A stretch of 63,841 bases of DNA, the filler included, from Chiloscyllium plagiosum (Eukaryota): the NCBI RefSeq assembly GCF_004010195.1. It is 3 parts of one record of this genome, joined end to end, with 100 filler letters (N's around TTAATTAATTAA, not from the genome) between each part and the next. Parts side by side here need not be neighbours in the genome. Positions count along the whole stretch, not along the records: positions 31,520 to 60,071 come from NC_057712.1; positions 60,172 to 63,841 come from NC_057712.1; 1 more part is not named here. One strand, 5' to 3'. The notes under the pieces were generated by a model. It had not been told where the DNA came from. It ran no database searches and worked only from the letters and a program-made list of their open reading frames with translations. The position numbers and the translations under genes are program-made. Shown piece by piece: positions 50,682-62,692 of the stretch (position 1 is its first letter; each line of letters begins with the position of its first letter).

Positions 50682-51010
50682 GGGCAGCACAGTGGTTCAG
50701 TGATCAGCACTGCTGCCTCACAGCACTGGAGTCCCGGATTCGATTCCAGCCTCAGGCGACTGTCTGTGTGCAGTTTCCACATCCTCCCTGTGTCTGTGTG
50801 GGTCACCTCCAGGTGCTCCAGCTCCCCCCCCCGAGTCCAACGATGTGCAGGTTAAGTGGATTGGTGATGCTAAGTTGCTCGTAACCAGGGATGTGTAGGC
50901 CAGGCAGATTAGGGAATGTAGGGAGTGGGTCTGGGTGGGATGCTCTTCAGAGGGTCAGTGTGGACTTGGTGAGCTAAATGGCCTGTTTCCACACTGTGTG
51001 GTTTCTATGA
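50682..51010 (+). mobile_element. HE1-type SINE
   Basis: Head gcacagtggttcagtg, B box ttcgattcc, core and tail. Confidence 0.88.
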
Positions 51011-51664
51011 TATTTGGGAATTAGGTGAAGCACAAGAGGTAACCATAGCAACATCCATATAAAGGAAAGGCAAGGAAAAGGAATGCAGACTTATTTAAAT
51101 CATGTTAAAGAGAAAAGGAAGTGATTAAACATGCTTTGAGAAATATCCAGCCACAGAATGACATAATGAATGAATGGAAAGCTGTGTTTACAGCAGCTAA
51201 TGGCTATCTCAATCATGGGAAGATCCACCCATAGCCTATGTAATACAACATTGTAACATGAAGGAATTTGAGCTTAGATCCTCAAACCATTCTTAGACTG
51301 TCTGAAGTACACGCTGTGGGCAATTGATAGATACCCCTGCCACATATGCACAAGGGAAAGAAAATTAATCCATAAATTATCAGCCCATTTCGTCCAATAC
51401 TGTCACAATTTTGGGAAATTATCATACAATATTCTGACAGGGAGCAGCAATGGAGTTGTCAGCCATCCTTCAGCAGACAGAGCCCACATTTCTGACTGAA
51501 AAGGTTGTTGCTTCATGTCCAACTCCTGTCACTTGGTCAACAAAAATTATGAGGCTGAAACTATTTGTAGCACAGAGGGCGTGCTGCACTGTCAGAAGTG
51601 CCACGTTTTGGATAAAATGTCCTCTCAGATAGACAGAACAGCAACTGAAATCTGTAAACAGTTT

Positions 51665-53180
51665 TGGTCACCATGGTATGGAGGGGTTGTCTGATGAGCA
51701 AAGGCTAAACAGGTCACCACTGTACTCACTGGAGTTGTGAAGAACGAGAGGTGATCTCGTTGAAACACATTAGGATTCTTAAGGGTTTGACAGAATAAAT
51801 GCTGAGAGGATGCTTCCTCTCAAGGGAGAGTCATAGAGTCATAGAGATGTACTGCACGGAAACAGACCCTTCGGTCCAACTCGTCCATGCCGACCAGATA
51901 TCCCAACCCAATCTATTCCCACCTGCCAGCACCTGGCCTATATCCCTCCAAACCCTTCCTAGTCATATACCCATCCAGATTCCCTATAAATGTTGCAATT
52001 GTACTAGCCTCCACCACTTCCTCTGTGTGAAAATGTTGTTCCTTAAGCCCCTTCTAAATGATTCCCCTTTCACCTTAAGTTTTGGACTCCCCCAGCCTAG
52101 AGAAAAGACCTTGCCCTAGCCATGCCCCTCATGATTTTTATAAACCTCTATAAGGTCACCCCTCAGCCTCCGACGCTCCAGAGAAAACAGCCCCAGCCTG
52201 CTCAGCCTCTCCCTGTAGCTTAAATCCTCCAACCCTGGCAACATCCTTGTCAATCTTTTCTGAACCCTTTCAAGTTTCACAACATCCTTCTAATAGGAAG
52301 GAGACCACAATTGCACGCAATATTCCAAAAGTGGCCTAACCAATATCCTGTACAGCTGCAACATGACTTCCTAACTCCTGTACTCAATACTCTGATCAAT
52401 AAAGGAAAGTATACCAAATGCCTTCTTCACTATCCTATCTACCTGTGACTCCACTTTCAAGGAATGATGAACCTGCACTCCAAAGTCTCTTTGTTCAGTA
52501 ACACTCCTGAGGACCTCACCATTAAGTGTATAAGTCCTGCTAAGATTTGCTTTCCCAAAATACAGCACCTCGCATTTATCTAAATTAAACTCCATCTGCC
52601 ACTTCTCAGCCCATTGGCCCATCTGGTCCAGATCCTGTTGTAATCTGAGGTAACCGTCTTCACTGTCCACATTTACCCTCTGTCTTCTACCTTTGAGCTA
52701 GTTCTGTATCCAAATGCCTAGTTCTCCCTGTACCATGAGATCTAACCTTGCTAACCAGTCTCCCACGGGGAACCTTGGAGAAAAAAAATGTCAGAACAAC
52801 GGCACTTTTAAAAGGGAGAGGAGCAGACAAAGGCAGCACATGGTCTGTGCAGGGGAGGGAGCGAGAGAGAGAGAGAGAGAGAGAGAGAGTGTCGAGGACC
52901 AAAAGGCGAAATAAAGGGCACCAGTTAAAGAGAGAGTTGAGCGTAATTTCTCAGAAGGTTATGAGTCTTTGGAACACCTTGCCACAGAGAGCTATGGGAG
53001 TAGAACCTTGTGCTTATTTAAGGCTGCGATAGATTCCTGGTCAGTCGGGGAATCAAGCGTAACAGGGGAAAGACAGGAAAGTGGGTCGTGAGGAGTGTCT
53101 GGTCAGCCATGAATGAGCCTACTGAATGAGCCCAGGAAGTGGCCTAATGGCCAACTCCTGTTCCTAGTTCTGATGGTCTT
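51665..53180. mobile_element. CR1 3' fragment (+; 51665-51825 and 52900-53180) split by a HER1/CR1 insertion (-; 51828-52780)
   Basis: Reverse ORF DSEDGYLRLQQDLDQMGQWAEKWQMEFNLDKCEVL and (tcatagag)n tail. Confidence 0.85.
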
Positions 53181-54187
53181 CTTACCTTCCTGGTGCTCTG
53201 GTCAATATTTATCCCTTAACAAATATTGTGGATTGTTTGACCGTTATCAGTTCATCAGAGTTTGTGTGACCTAGCTATGAATCAGTTGCTATGTTACGAA
53301 GATACAAACATACAAATTAGTGCCAGGACAAGGCTATTCTGCTTCCTGAGTCTGCTCCGCCATTTCGTAAGATCAAAGCTGATCGGATTGTGGCCTTGTA
53401 TCCACTTTCCTGCCTGCGTCTGATAACATTTGATATTAGTTGAAAATCTATCTACATCTGCCTTTGAAGTATAGAGCAGCCCTGCCTTCTTGCTGTCTGG
53501 GGAGAGATTTCCGAAGACCCTCCGAGAGATGGAAATTATCCACATTTCTGCATTAAATGGGAGGACCAGGTTTCTCCCAGGTTAGGTCGGAAATGGGGGT
53601 GGCTGGAGCTAATGGAGTCATGAGATTAGGCCTCATTTGGTGGAAGTCCTTCTGCTTTCTCTCCTCCCTCTAATGTTGTGCAGGAGGAAGTGCTGACTTT
53701 CACCCTCCTGCCTACTGAGGACCTTAAGGTGGATTAGTCATGATAAATGCAGGGTTGCAAGGATTGGAAAAGGGGAGGGGGGAATGGGTGGGACGCTGTT
53801 CAGAGAGTTGGTGTGGACTCGATGGGCTGAATGGCCTGTCTCCACACTGTAGGGATTCTTTAAATATTTTTTAAAAACTCTTCCTGTCAGTTTATTTATT
53901 TCTAGCTAGATTTCTCTAGCACACTAATTCCAAAGAGTCACATAATTGTCACAAGGTAGAAGGAGGCCTTTCAGCCCATCATGTCTGTACCAATTCTCTG
54001 GCTATTTTGACTTAGTGGCAAAATCCTGCTTTCCTCCCCCTAACCAAACAGTGACCATCCAGTGTCATTTTGACCAAACTGCCTCTGCAAGACATATCAA
54101 CTGTGCATTCTAAAATCCAGACCCCTCACTGTGTGAAAATGTCACCTGCAGTTTCTCATTTTGTGAAACTCTTTAAGACTGTTAATA

Positions 54188-54670
54188 AACTTGAAAGGGT
54201 TCAGAAAAGATTTACAAGGATGTTGCCAGGGTTGGAGGAGTTGAGCTATAGGGAAAGGCTGAATAGGCTGGGGCTGTTTTCCCTGGAGCGTTGGAGACTG
54301 AAGAGTGACCTTATAAAGGTTTATAAAATCATGAGGGGTATGAATAGGATAAATAGACAAGGAGTGAGGGAGTCCAGAACAAGAGGGCATAGGTTTAGGG
54401 TGAGAGGGGAAAGATTTAGAAAGAACTTGAGGGGCAACTTTTTCACACAGAGGGTGGTGTGCGTATGGAATGAGCTGCCAGAGGAAGTGATGGAGGCTAG
54501 TACAATTACAGCATTTAAAAGGCATCTGGATGGGTATATGAATAGGAAGGGTTTAGAGGGATATGAGCTAAATGCTGGCAAATGGGACTAGATTAGGTTA
54601 GGATATCTGGTCGGCATGGATGGGTTGGACCGAAGGGTCTGTTTTCATGCCGTACATCTCTATGACTCTG
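54188..54670 (+). mobile_element. HER1/CR1 LINE 3' end nested in an older - strand CR1 (53935-55070)
   Basis: [34 protein letters not shown]...NFFTQRVVCVWNELPEEV. Confidence 0.9.
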
Positions 54671-55389
54671 TGACTGTCCCCTCTGGTTCTTGATCCTTTT
54701 CTGAGCAGGAACAGTTTCTGTCTATCTACTCTGTCTGCACTGCTCATGCGTTTGAAAACTTCCATCAGGTTTTCTCTTTGCCTTCTCCTGTCCAAGGAAA
54801 GCTGTCCTGACTTCTTCAATCTATCCTGAAAGCTGACGTTTCTCCTCTTCTGCATTTTCTCCAATGAGTTCATGTCCTTCCAGTAGTGGGGAAGGATCTG
54901 TGCACAATACTCCAGCTAAAAGCAAATGGTGTCCGTTGAAACAATTCAATATAACCTTCCTGCTTTTGTACTCAGTGCAACTCTTAATAAAGCCTAGAAT
55001 ACTGTATTATTTGCATTCCTTACCTGTCCTGCCAAATTTAGTGACTTATGTAAACATATACCCAGGACTCTCTACTGATCCCTTGATCCCACTCAGATTT
55101 GATTGCTTGCCCCCTAAAATTCAGCTTAAAATCTTCTCTAACTGCTGATATACAATTGGCAAGAACCCCAGCCCCAGCACAGTTCAGATGGAGATAGTCC
55201 TATCAGCTCAGATCCCACTTGTTCCAGTTCCGCGACCTCACGTCTTCCACACCAGTCCTTGAACTAAGCGACTCTTTCTAATTTGTTGTGTATTCATTGT
55301 TCCCAGGTTATAATGCAAAGGTTATCACCATTGAGATTCTGCTTCTTAATTTGGCCTTTGGCTCTTCATAATAACACCAGAAGATCATC

Positions 55390-56210
55390 AGAAATAAGAA
55401 CAGGAGTCGGCCATTTGGCCCACCAAGCATGTGCCATCACTCAATAAGCTGGTCTGACATTTTTCATGTCCATGTTCCTGTGTTTTTCCCATAACTCTGG
55501 AAATCCCTCACCCTTCCCCCCCTCACTGATCAAGAATCTATCTGTCTCTGCCTTAAATGTACACACAGACTGTACCCCCACAGCTCTCTGTGGCAAGGAG
55601 TTCCAAAGACTCACGACCCTCTGAGAGAAGAAATTCCTCCTCACCTCTGTCTTAAGTTGGTACCCCTTTGTTCTGAGACTACTCCTTCTCATCCTGGACT
55701 CTATCATGAGGAGAAACATCTTCCCAGCCTTTACCCTGTCGAACCCCTTAAGGATCTGATATGTTTCAATGAGATCATCTCTCATTCTTCTAAACTCCAG
55801 TGAATGGAGTCTCAATCTGATTAACATTTGTTCATAAGACAATCCCCCCCCATCCCAATGAATGTTTTCTCTGAACTGCCTCCAATGAAATGATATCTTT
55901 ACTAAAATAACTTGATCTGCAAAGCTGCTCACAGCCCTCTGGATGTGGTCTCCCCCAGCACCTTGTACAGTTGCAGTATGACTGCCTCATTCTTAGACTC
56001 CAACCTCTTTAAATAAGGACCAACATTCCATTAGCCTTCCTGACTAACTGCTGCTAACTCTCAGTGTTTCGAGCACAAGTACCCCCAAGTTCCTTTGTGT
56101 TGCAGCTTTCTGTTGCTTTTTTCCATTTAAATAATATTATGTTCTTTCTTCTGAAACGAAGAACCGTACATTCGCCCACATTATACTCCATTTGCCAGAT
56201 TTTTGCATAC
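55390..56210 (-). mobile_element. CR1 LINE 3' fragment
   Basis: LHSLEFRRMRDDLIETYQIL...KTEVRRNFFSQRVVSLWNSLPQ. Confidence 0.87.
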
Positions 56211-56259
56211 CTTCTTACAGAACCTCCTTCTTTCCCATGACGAAGGATTTTTTTTAGGT

Positions 56260-56568
56260 CAGATTAGATTATTTACAGCGTGCAAACAGGCCCTTCGGCC
56301 CAACAAGTCCACACCGACCCGCCGAACAGCAACCCACCCAGACCCATTTCCCTCTGTCTAATGCACCTAACACTACGGGCAATTTAGCATGGCCAATTCA
56401 ACTGACCTGCACATCTTTGGACTGTGGGAGGAAGACGGAGCACCCAGAGGAAACCCACGCAGGCACAGGGGAGAATGTGCAAACTCCATATAGACAGTTG
56501 CCTGAGGCGGGAATTGAACCCAGGTCTTTGGTGCTGTGAGGCAGCAGTGCTAACCACTATGCCATCAT
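56260..56568 (-). mobile_element. HE1-type SINE, followed by a truncated PLE repeat (56580-56695, +)
   Basis: (agatt)n tail, reverse B box gggaattgaacc, reverse head. Confidence 0.9.
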
Positions 56569-59167
56569 GCCAACCTAAAACCAGGCCCGAAACATTGACT
56601 TTCTTGCTCCTCGGATACTGTCGGACCTGCTGCACCTTTCCAGCTTCACACCTATTGACTCTGACGTCCAGCATCTGCAGTTCCTACTGTCTCCTTCTTT
56701 GTTCTGCCCGTATGGATCACGACAATAGGATCCTCCCCCTTCCTACCATAAGCTCCTCTCTGGCGATGAGCGGATGTCCTGAATCCTGGCGAGGAGCAGG
56801 CTACAAAGCCATCACGATTTGTGCACTTTCTTGCAGAGAATGGTCTCTGTACTGTGTAAGATTAGATTCCCTACAGTATGGAAACAGGCCATTTTGAACC
56901 ATTTTTTTGATAGCTAAAGGCAAAGTTGCCACAGCCCCAGATGTCCATAGGGTGGCCCTTTCAGTCAAGAGACACAACTGGGGTTGAGTGTGGCCACACC
57001 TTGGGTGAGGGGCAACGTCTTGAAGCTGGGGCCTTCATGGTAACTTCAGCCAGCACAGTATCCAAACCCATGTTGATGGTGTTACTCTACATCACAAACA
57101 AGCTGTCCTGCCAACTGAGCTAATTGATTGATAATAGATTGTGATTAATACCAAACCCTTCAGATCTTTGGTCTGGAACATTTTGCAAATGGGCCTCCCT
57201 CCACCAATCAGCAGAAGTCCTCCAAAGAATATAAGAGCATGAGAACTGGGAGTAGGAACAGGCAACTTGGCTCCTTGAGGCTGCTCTACCATTTCATATG
57301 ATGGCGGTTGATCTCAACTCGGCCTGCTCTCCATAACCCTTCAACCCACTGCTATTTAAATATCTGTCTATCGTCTCCTTAAATTTACTCAATAAATGAA
57401 TGAATCATTTTTTTCTGTCACATGTATTTTACAGTGAAACGATTCCACTGTCGCCATGATCCTGGCGCCATTTTGAATAGCTAAAGAATAATAAGAAACG
57501 AGATAGAGCTTAAAGAGAGTCTGTAACCCTTCCACCAGCACTTCACCATCGCCAGCATCAGACCCAACCGGAGTCAAAGTCACCGATCCTCAGGCAACAT
57601 CCCACTTCCCCCCACCTTCCCCACCGGGCCCACCTTGCCAACATTACCTCTGCCAAAGCAGCAGCCAATTCTGGGTCCTGTGCCCGCCAGCTGCCTTTTC
57701 GACACTGCTGCCCGAGTCCCACCACACTCAGGACCCTGTCGAAGCTGCCTTCCTCATGCCTTCCACCTTCCTCATCGATGCCTTCGCTGCCTCTACCACC
57801 ACGACTGAGGTCGCCCTGGAAGGTAAGAAGAAGCAAAAACTAAAAAGAGAGAAAAAAAAAGAAAAAAGAAGGAAAAAAATGACAAGAACGAAAATGAAAA
57901 GCAGGCTGAGTGGATGCGCCCTGGGCAGAGGAGCCTGGACGCTGCCTACTTCATCACCACGATCTTGTTTATTGTACTGGTATCAATGTCTTGGTTTCCA
58001 CCACGCTCTGGAATCACATATTCCACTGATTCACGGCCCTCAAATCAGAGAGAAAACTGGTTAAATCAGAGAATTCCAATGAAACATCAGACTGCACGCC
58101 ATCTCCAGACCTCCCAACATGGTGGTGGGTGGGCAAAGGAATTGAACAGCAACAAACTGCAGTTATTCTAAATCAGTCTTTGTGGGTTAGAGTTTCTCAG
58201 CTTTACAATCAATCTAAATGAAATATAGAAATTGCACCAAATTTCCTTGGTATGTAAAAGCAGCAATACATTTTGAAATGATTTGCACTGAGCTCTTGTA
58301 GCATCTAAATTACAGTAATTCATACTTCATGGACTATATTTTCTGCTGTGCTATATGCTGATGTAACAATGATGTAACAACGGCTGTTCTCTTTCTTCTT
58401 AGAAATTGGGTGTTTTTCTTTTCCTGATAAAGACTGTTGCTGGTTGGCACATGGGTATTTTGGATAAAATGGTCTCACACAGCTCACCCAATCTCCTGCC
58501 CATTCGTTCAAATGGGTGGCATACTGGGCGTCTGGAATAAGAACGGAAGAGTGATGACCTCAGCCACAAAAGAGGAATGGGATAGTCAGTGCGGAGTGGT
58601 TTGGGGTAAAAACAAAACATTTCAATGCTCCTCTCAAAACTTCCTTTGCTTTCAAGAACTCACTTCCAGAACTATCCTTCCATAACTAATTGGATGGACA
58701 GCCCCCGCACGAGTATTTTGCAATCTCCAGTGTAATTATTTGGATATGGTCATGAGAAATCCAAGAAAAGAAACAAAAATTGTGTATTTTTAGCGGAGTT
58801 TTAGTAGCTGCAAAAATTGTTAGGATTTAGATTCAGGTTTTAAATTTTATTGTCACGTGTGCTCAAGTATAGGAATACATGAAAACAGTGAAAAGTGTTC
58901 AGAGACCCCATTCTCCAGTGCCAGAATTTAAAAAAAAACAGCAGAAATAAAAGAAAGACAGGACGTAAGAAAAATGCCCAGATGTCTGAAATCTAAGTCT
59001 TATCTCCATAAAGAGGTCATGTGATGAGTCTTCGAGGATAATGTCCAGTCAAAATTAGGAACCATAATGACTCCTGGAACGGTGCCATTTAGGGAGAACA
59101 GGATCACTGTATTTTTTTTGGAAATTGGACCATTCTTATTAGAAAATGTGAACATTGCTGGGTTTTC

Positions 59168-59490
59168 GGTGGCATAGTAGTTAGCACTGCTGCCTCACAG
59201 CATCAGGGACCCTCAGGCGACGGTCTGTGTGGAGTTTACCCATTCTCCTCGTGTCTGCGTAACTTTCCTCCGGGTGCTCTGATTTCTTCCCACACTCTGA
59301 AGATGTGCAAGTTAGGTGGATTAGCCGTGCTAAATTACCACGTAGTGTTCAAGGATGTGCAGGTTAGGTGGATGAGCTATGGGAAATGCAGAGTTACAGG
59401 AATGGGGTGAGTCTGGGTGGGATGCTGTTCAGAAGGTTGCTGTGGAACTCAATGGGCAGAATGGCCTGCTTCCACTCTGTAGGGACTTTA
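59168..59490 (+). mobile_element. HE1-type SINE (B-box region deleted)
   Basis: gttagcactgctgcctcacag head, duplicated gatgtgcaggttaggtggat core. Confidence 0.85.
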
Positions 59491-59689
59491 TTCTATTTGG
59501 TATCATGGTTGGGAAATGTTTTTATTGTTCATTAGTATAGCTGATGTTCAGAAGCACCGTCACTGTGGGATCATTGTTGAAAAGTTGAATTGCTGCTTAT
59601 GGGGAATTAGTCCATTTTTATAGAGGTATGGAAGCAATATTGGTGAATGGGACTGTCGGAGAATGTGATAGATTCAGATATTGGTTACA

Positions 59690-60071
59690 GAGTCATAGAG
59701 TCACAGAGATGTACAGCATGGAAGCAGACCCTTCGGTCCAACCCGTCCATGCCGACCAGATATTCCAACCCAATCTAGTTCCCCCCTGCCAGCACCCGGC
59801 CCATATCCATCCAAACCCTTCTTATTCATATAACCATCCAGATGCCTTTTAAATGTTGCAATTGTACCAGCCTCCACCACTTCCTTTGGCAGCTCATTCC
59901 ATACATGTACTAGCCTCTGCAAAAAAAAGTTACCCCATAGGTCTCTTTTATATCTTTCCCCTCTCAGCCTAAACCTATGCCCTCTAGTTCTGGACTACCC
60001 CACCCCAGGGAAAAGACTTTGTCTATTTATCCTATCCATGCCCCTCATAATTTTGACAACCTCATTAAGGT
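59690..60071 (-). mobile_element. HER1/CR1 LINE 3' end running into a gap
   Basis: agtcatagagtcacagagatgtacagcatggaagcagacccttcgg tail. Confidence 0.88.
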
Positions 60072-60171
60072 NNNNNNNNNNNNNNNNNNNNNNNNNNNNN
60101 NNNNNNNNNNNNNNNTTAATTAATTAANNNNNNNNNNNNNNNNNNNNNNNNNNNNNNNNNNNNNNNNNNNN
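60072..60171. other. Assembly gap with artificial six-frame-stop spacer
   Basis: N44-TTAATTAATTAA-N44 = 100 nt. Confidence 0.95.
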
Positions 60172-62692
60172 CACTGAGGCAGCAGTGCTAACCACTGAGA
60201 CAACAGTGCTAATCACTGAGGCAGCAGTGCTAACACTGAGGCAGCAGTGCTAACCACTGAGACAACAGTGCTAATCACTGAGGCAGCAGTGCTAACACTG
60301 AGGCAGCAGTGCTAACACTGAGGCAGCAGTGCTAACCACTGAGACAGCAGCGATAACCACTGAGACAACAGTGCTAACCACTGAGACAGCAGTGCTAATA
60401 GATAATAGACAATAGGTGCAGGAGTAGGCAATTCAGCCCTTCGAGCCTGCACCGCCATTCAATATGATCATGGCTGATCATTCCTAATCAGTGTCCTCTT
60501 CCTGCCTTATCTCCATAACCCATGAATCACTCCATAATCGCTGAGGCAGCAGTGCTAACCACTGAGGCAGCAGTGTGAATTTGAAAGTGATTGGGATTTT
60601 CTTTCTTTAAAAAGGACTCATAGTAAACACTGATGAACTAGCAAATTAAGGGCCTCAAATTAAGGTGAAATTATGTGTGATGAGATTCCATTTGAATGTT
60701 TTACAACATTAAACTATTGGAAAAAAGTGGTATTTACAGTAGATGGGTGCAGCTGCATTAATCACTGAGGCAGCAGTGCTAACCACTGAGACAGCAATGC
60801 TACTCACTGAGGCAGCAGTGCTAACCACTGAGACAGCAGTGTGAATCACTGAGGCAGCAGTGCGAATCACTGAGACAGCAGTGCTAACCGCTGAGACAGC
60901 AGTGCGAATCACTGAGACAGCAGTGCTAACCACTGAGGCAGCAGTGCTAACCAGTGAGACAGCAGTGCTAACCACTGAGACAGTAGTGCTAACCACTGGG
61001 ACAGTAGTGCTAACCACTGAGACAGTAGTGCTAACCACTGAGACAGTAGTGCTAACCACTAAGGCAGCAGTGCTAACCACTGAGACAGCAGTGCTAATCA
61101 CTAAGGCAGCAGTGCTAATCACTGAGGCAACAGTGCTAACTGCTGAGGCAGCAATGCTAAACAGTGAGACAGCAGTGTTAACCACTGAGACAGCAGTGTT
61201 AACCACTGAGACAGCAGTGTGAATCACTGAGACAGCAGTGTGAATCACTGAGACAGCAATGCGAATCACTGAGACAGCAATGCTACTCACTGAGGCAGCG
61301 GTGCTAACCACTGAGACAGCAGTGTTAACCGCTGAGACAGCAGTGCTAACAACTGAGACAGCAATGCTACTCACTGAGGCAACAGTGCTAACTACTGAGG
61401 CAACAGTGCTAACTGCTGAGACAGCAATGCTAAACAGTGAGACAGCAGTGTTAACCACTGAGACAGCAGTGTTAACCACTGAGACAGCAGTGTGAATCAC
61501 TGAGACAGCAATGCTACTCACTGAGGCAGCAGTGCTAACCACTGAGACAGCAGTGCTAACAACTGAGACAGCAGTGCTACTCACTGAGGCAGCAACGCTA
61601 ACCACTGAGGCAGTAGTGTTTTTTTTAGAATAGATTAGATTAGATTACATTACAGTGTGGAAACAGGCCCTTCGGCCCAACAAGTCCACACCGACCCGCC
61701 GAAGCGAAACCCACCCATACCCCTACATTTACCCCTTACCTAACACTACGGGCAATTTAGCATGGCCAATTCACCTGACCCTGCACATCTTTTGGACTGT
61801 GGGAGGAAACCGGAGCACCCGGAGGAAACCCACGCAGACACGGGGAGAACGTGCAAACTCACACAGTCAGTCGCCTGAGGCGGGAATTGAACCCGGGTCT
61901 CAGGCGCTGTGAGGCAGCAGTGCTAACCACTGTGCCACCGTGCCACTGAGGCAGCAGTGCTAACCGCTGAGACAGCAATGCTACTCACTGAGGCAGCAGT
62001 GTTAACCACTGAAGCAGTAGTGTTAACCACTGAGGCAGCAATGCTAACCATTTAGACAGCAGTGTTTATCACTGAGGCAGCAGTGTTCACCACTGAGGCA
62101 GCAGTGCTAATCACTGAGGCAGCAGTGCTAATCACTGAGGCAGCAGTGCTAATCACTGAGGCAGCAGTGCTAACCGCTGAGGCAGCGGTGTTAACCGCTG
62201 AGGCAGCGGTGTTAACCGCTGAGGCAGCAGTCTTAACCGGTGAGACAGCAGTGCTAACCGCTGAGACGGCAGTATGAATCACTGAGGCAGCAGTGCTAAT
62301 CACTGAGGCAGCAGTGCTAATCACTGAGGCAGCGGTGTTAACCGCTGAGGCAGCAGTCTTAACCGGTGAGACAGCAGTGCTAACCGCTGAGACGGCAGTA
62401 TGAATCACTGAGGCAGCAGTGCTAATCACTGAGGCAGCAGTGCTAATCACTGAGGCAGCGGTGTTAACCGCTGAGGCAGTAGTCTTAACCGGTGAGACAG
62501 CAGTGCTAACCGCTGAGACGGCAGTATGAATCACTGAGGCAGCAGTGCTAACCACTGAGACAGCAGTGCTAATCACTGAGACAGCAGTGCTAACCGCTGA
62601 GACGGCAGTATGAATCACTGAGGCAGCAGTGCTAACCACTGAGACAGCAGTGCTTACCACTGAGACAGCAGTGTTAACCACTGAGGCAGCAA
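60172..62692. repeat. 21-bp tandem satellite, consensus CACTGAGRCAGCAGTGCTAAC, interrupted at 60398-60760 and 61621-61944
   Basis: Direct reading; the unit matches the reverse complement of the HE1 SINE head. Confidence 0.96.
61626..61944 (-). mobile_element. Young full-length HE1-type SINE inside the 21-bp satellite
   Basis: CpG-rich, intact A box and B box, (tagat)n tail. Confidence 0.93.
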
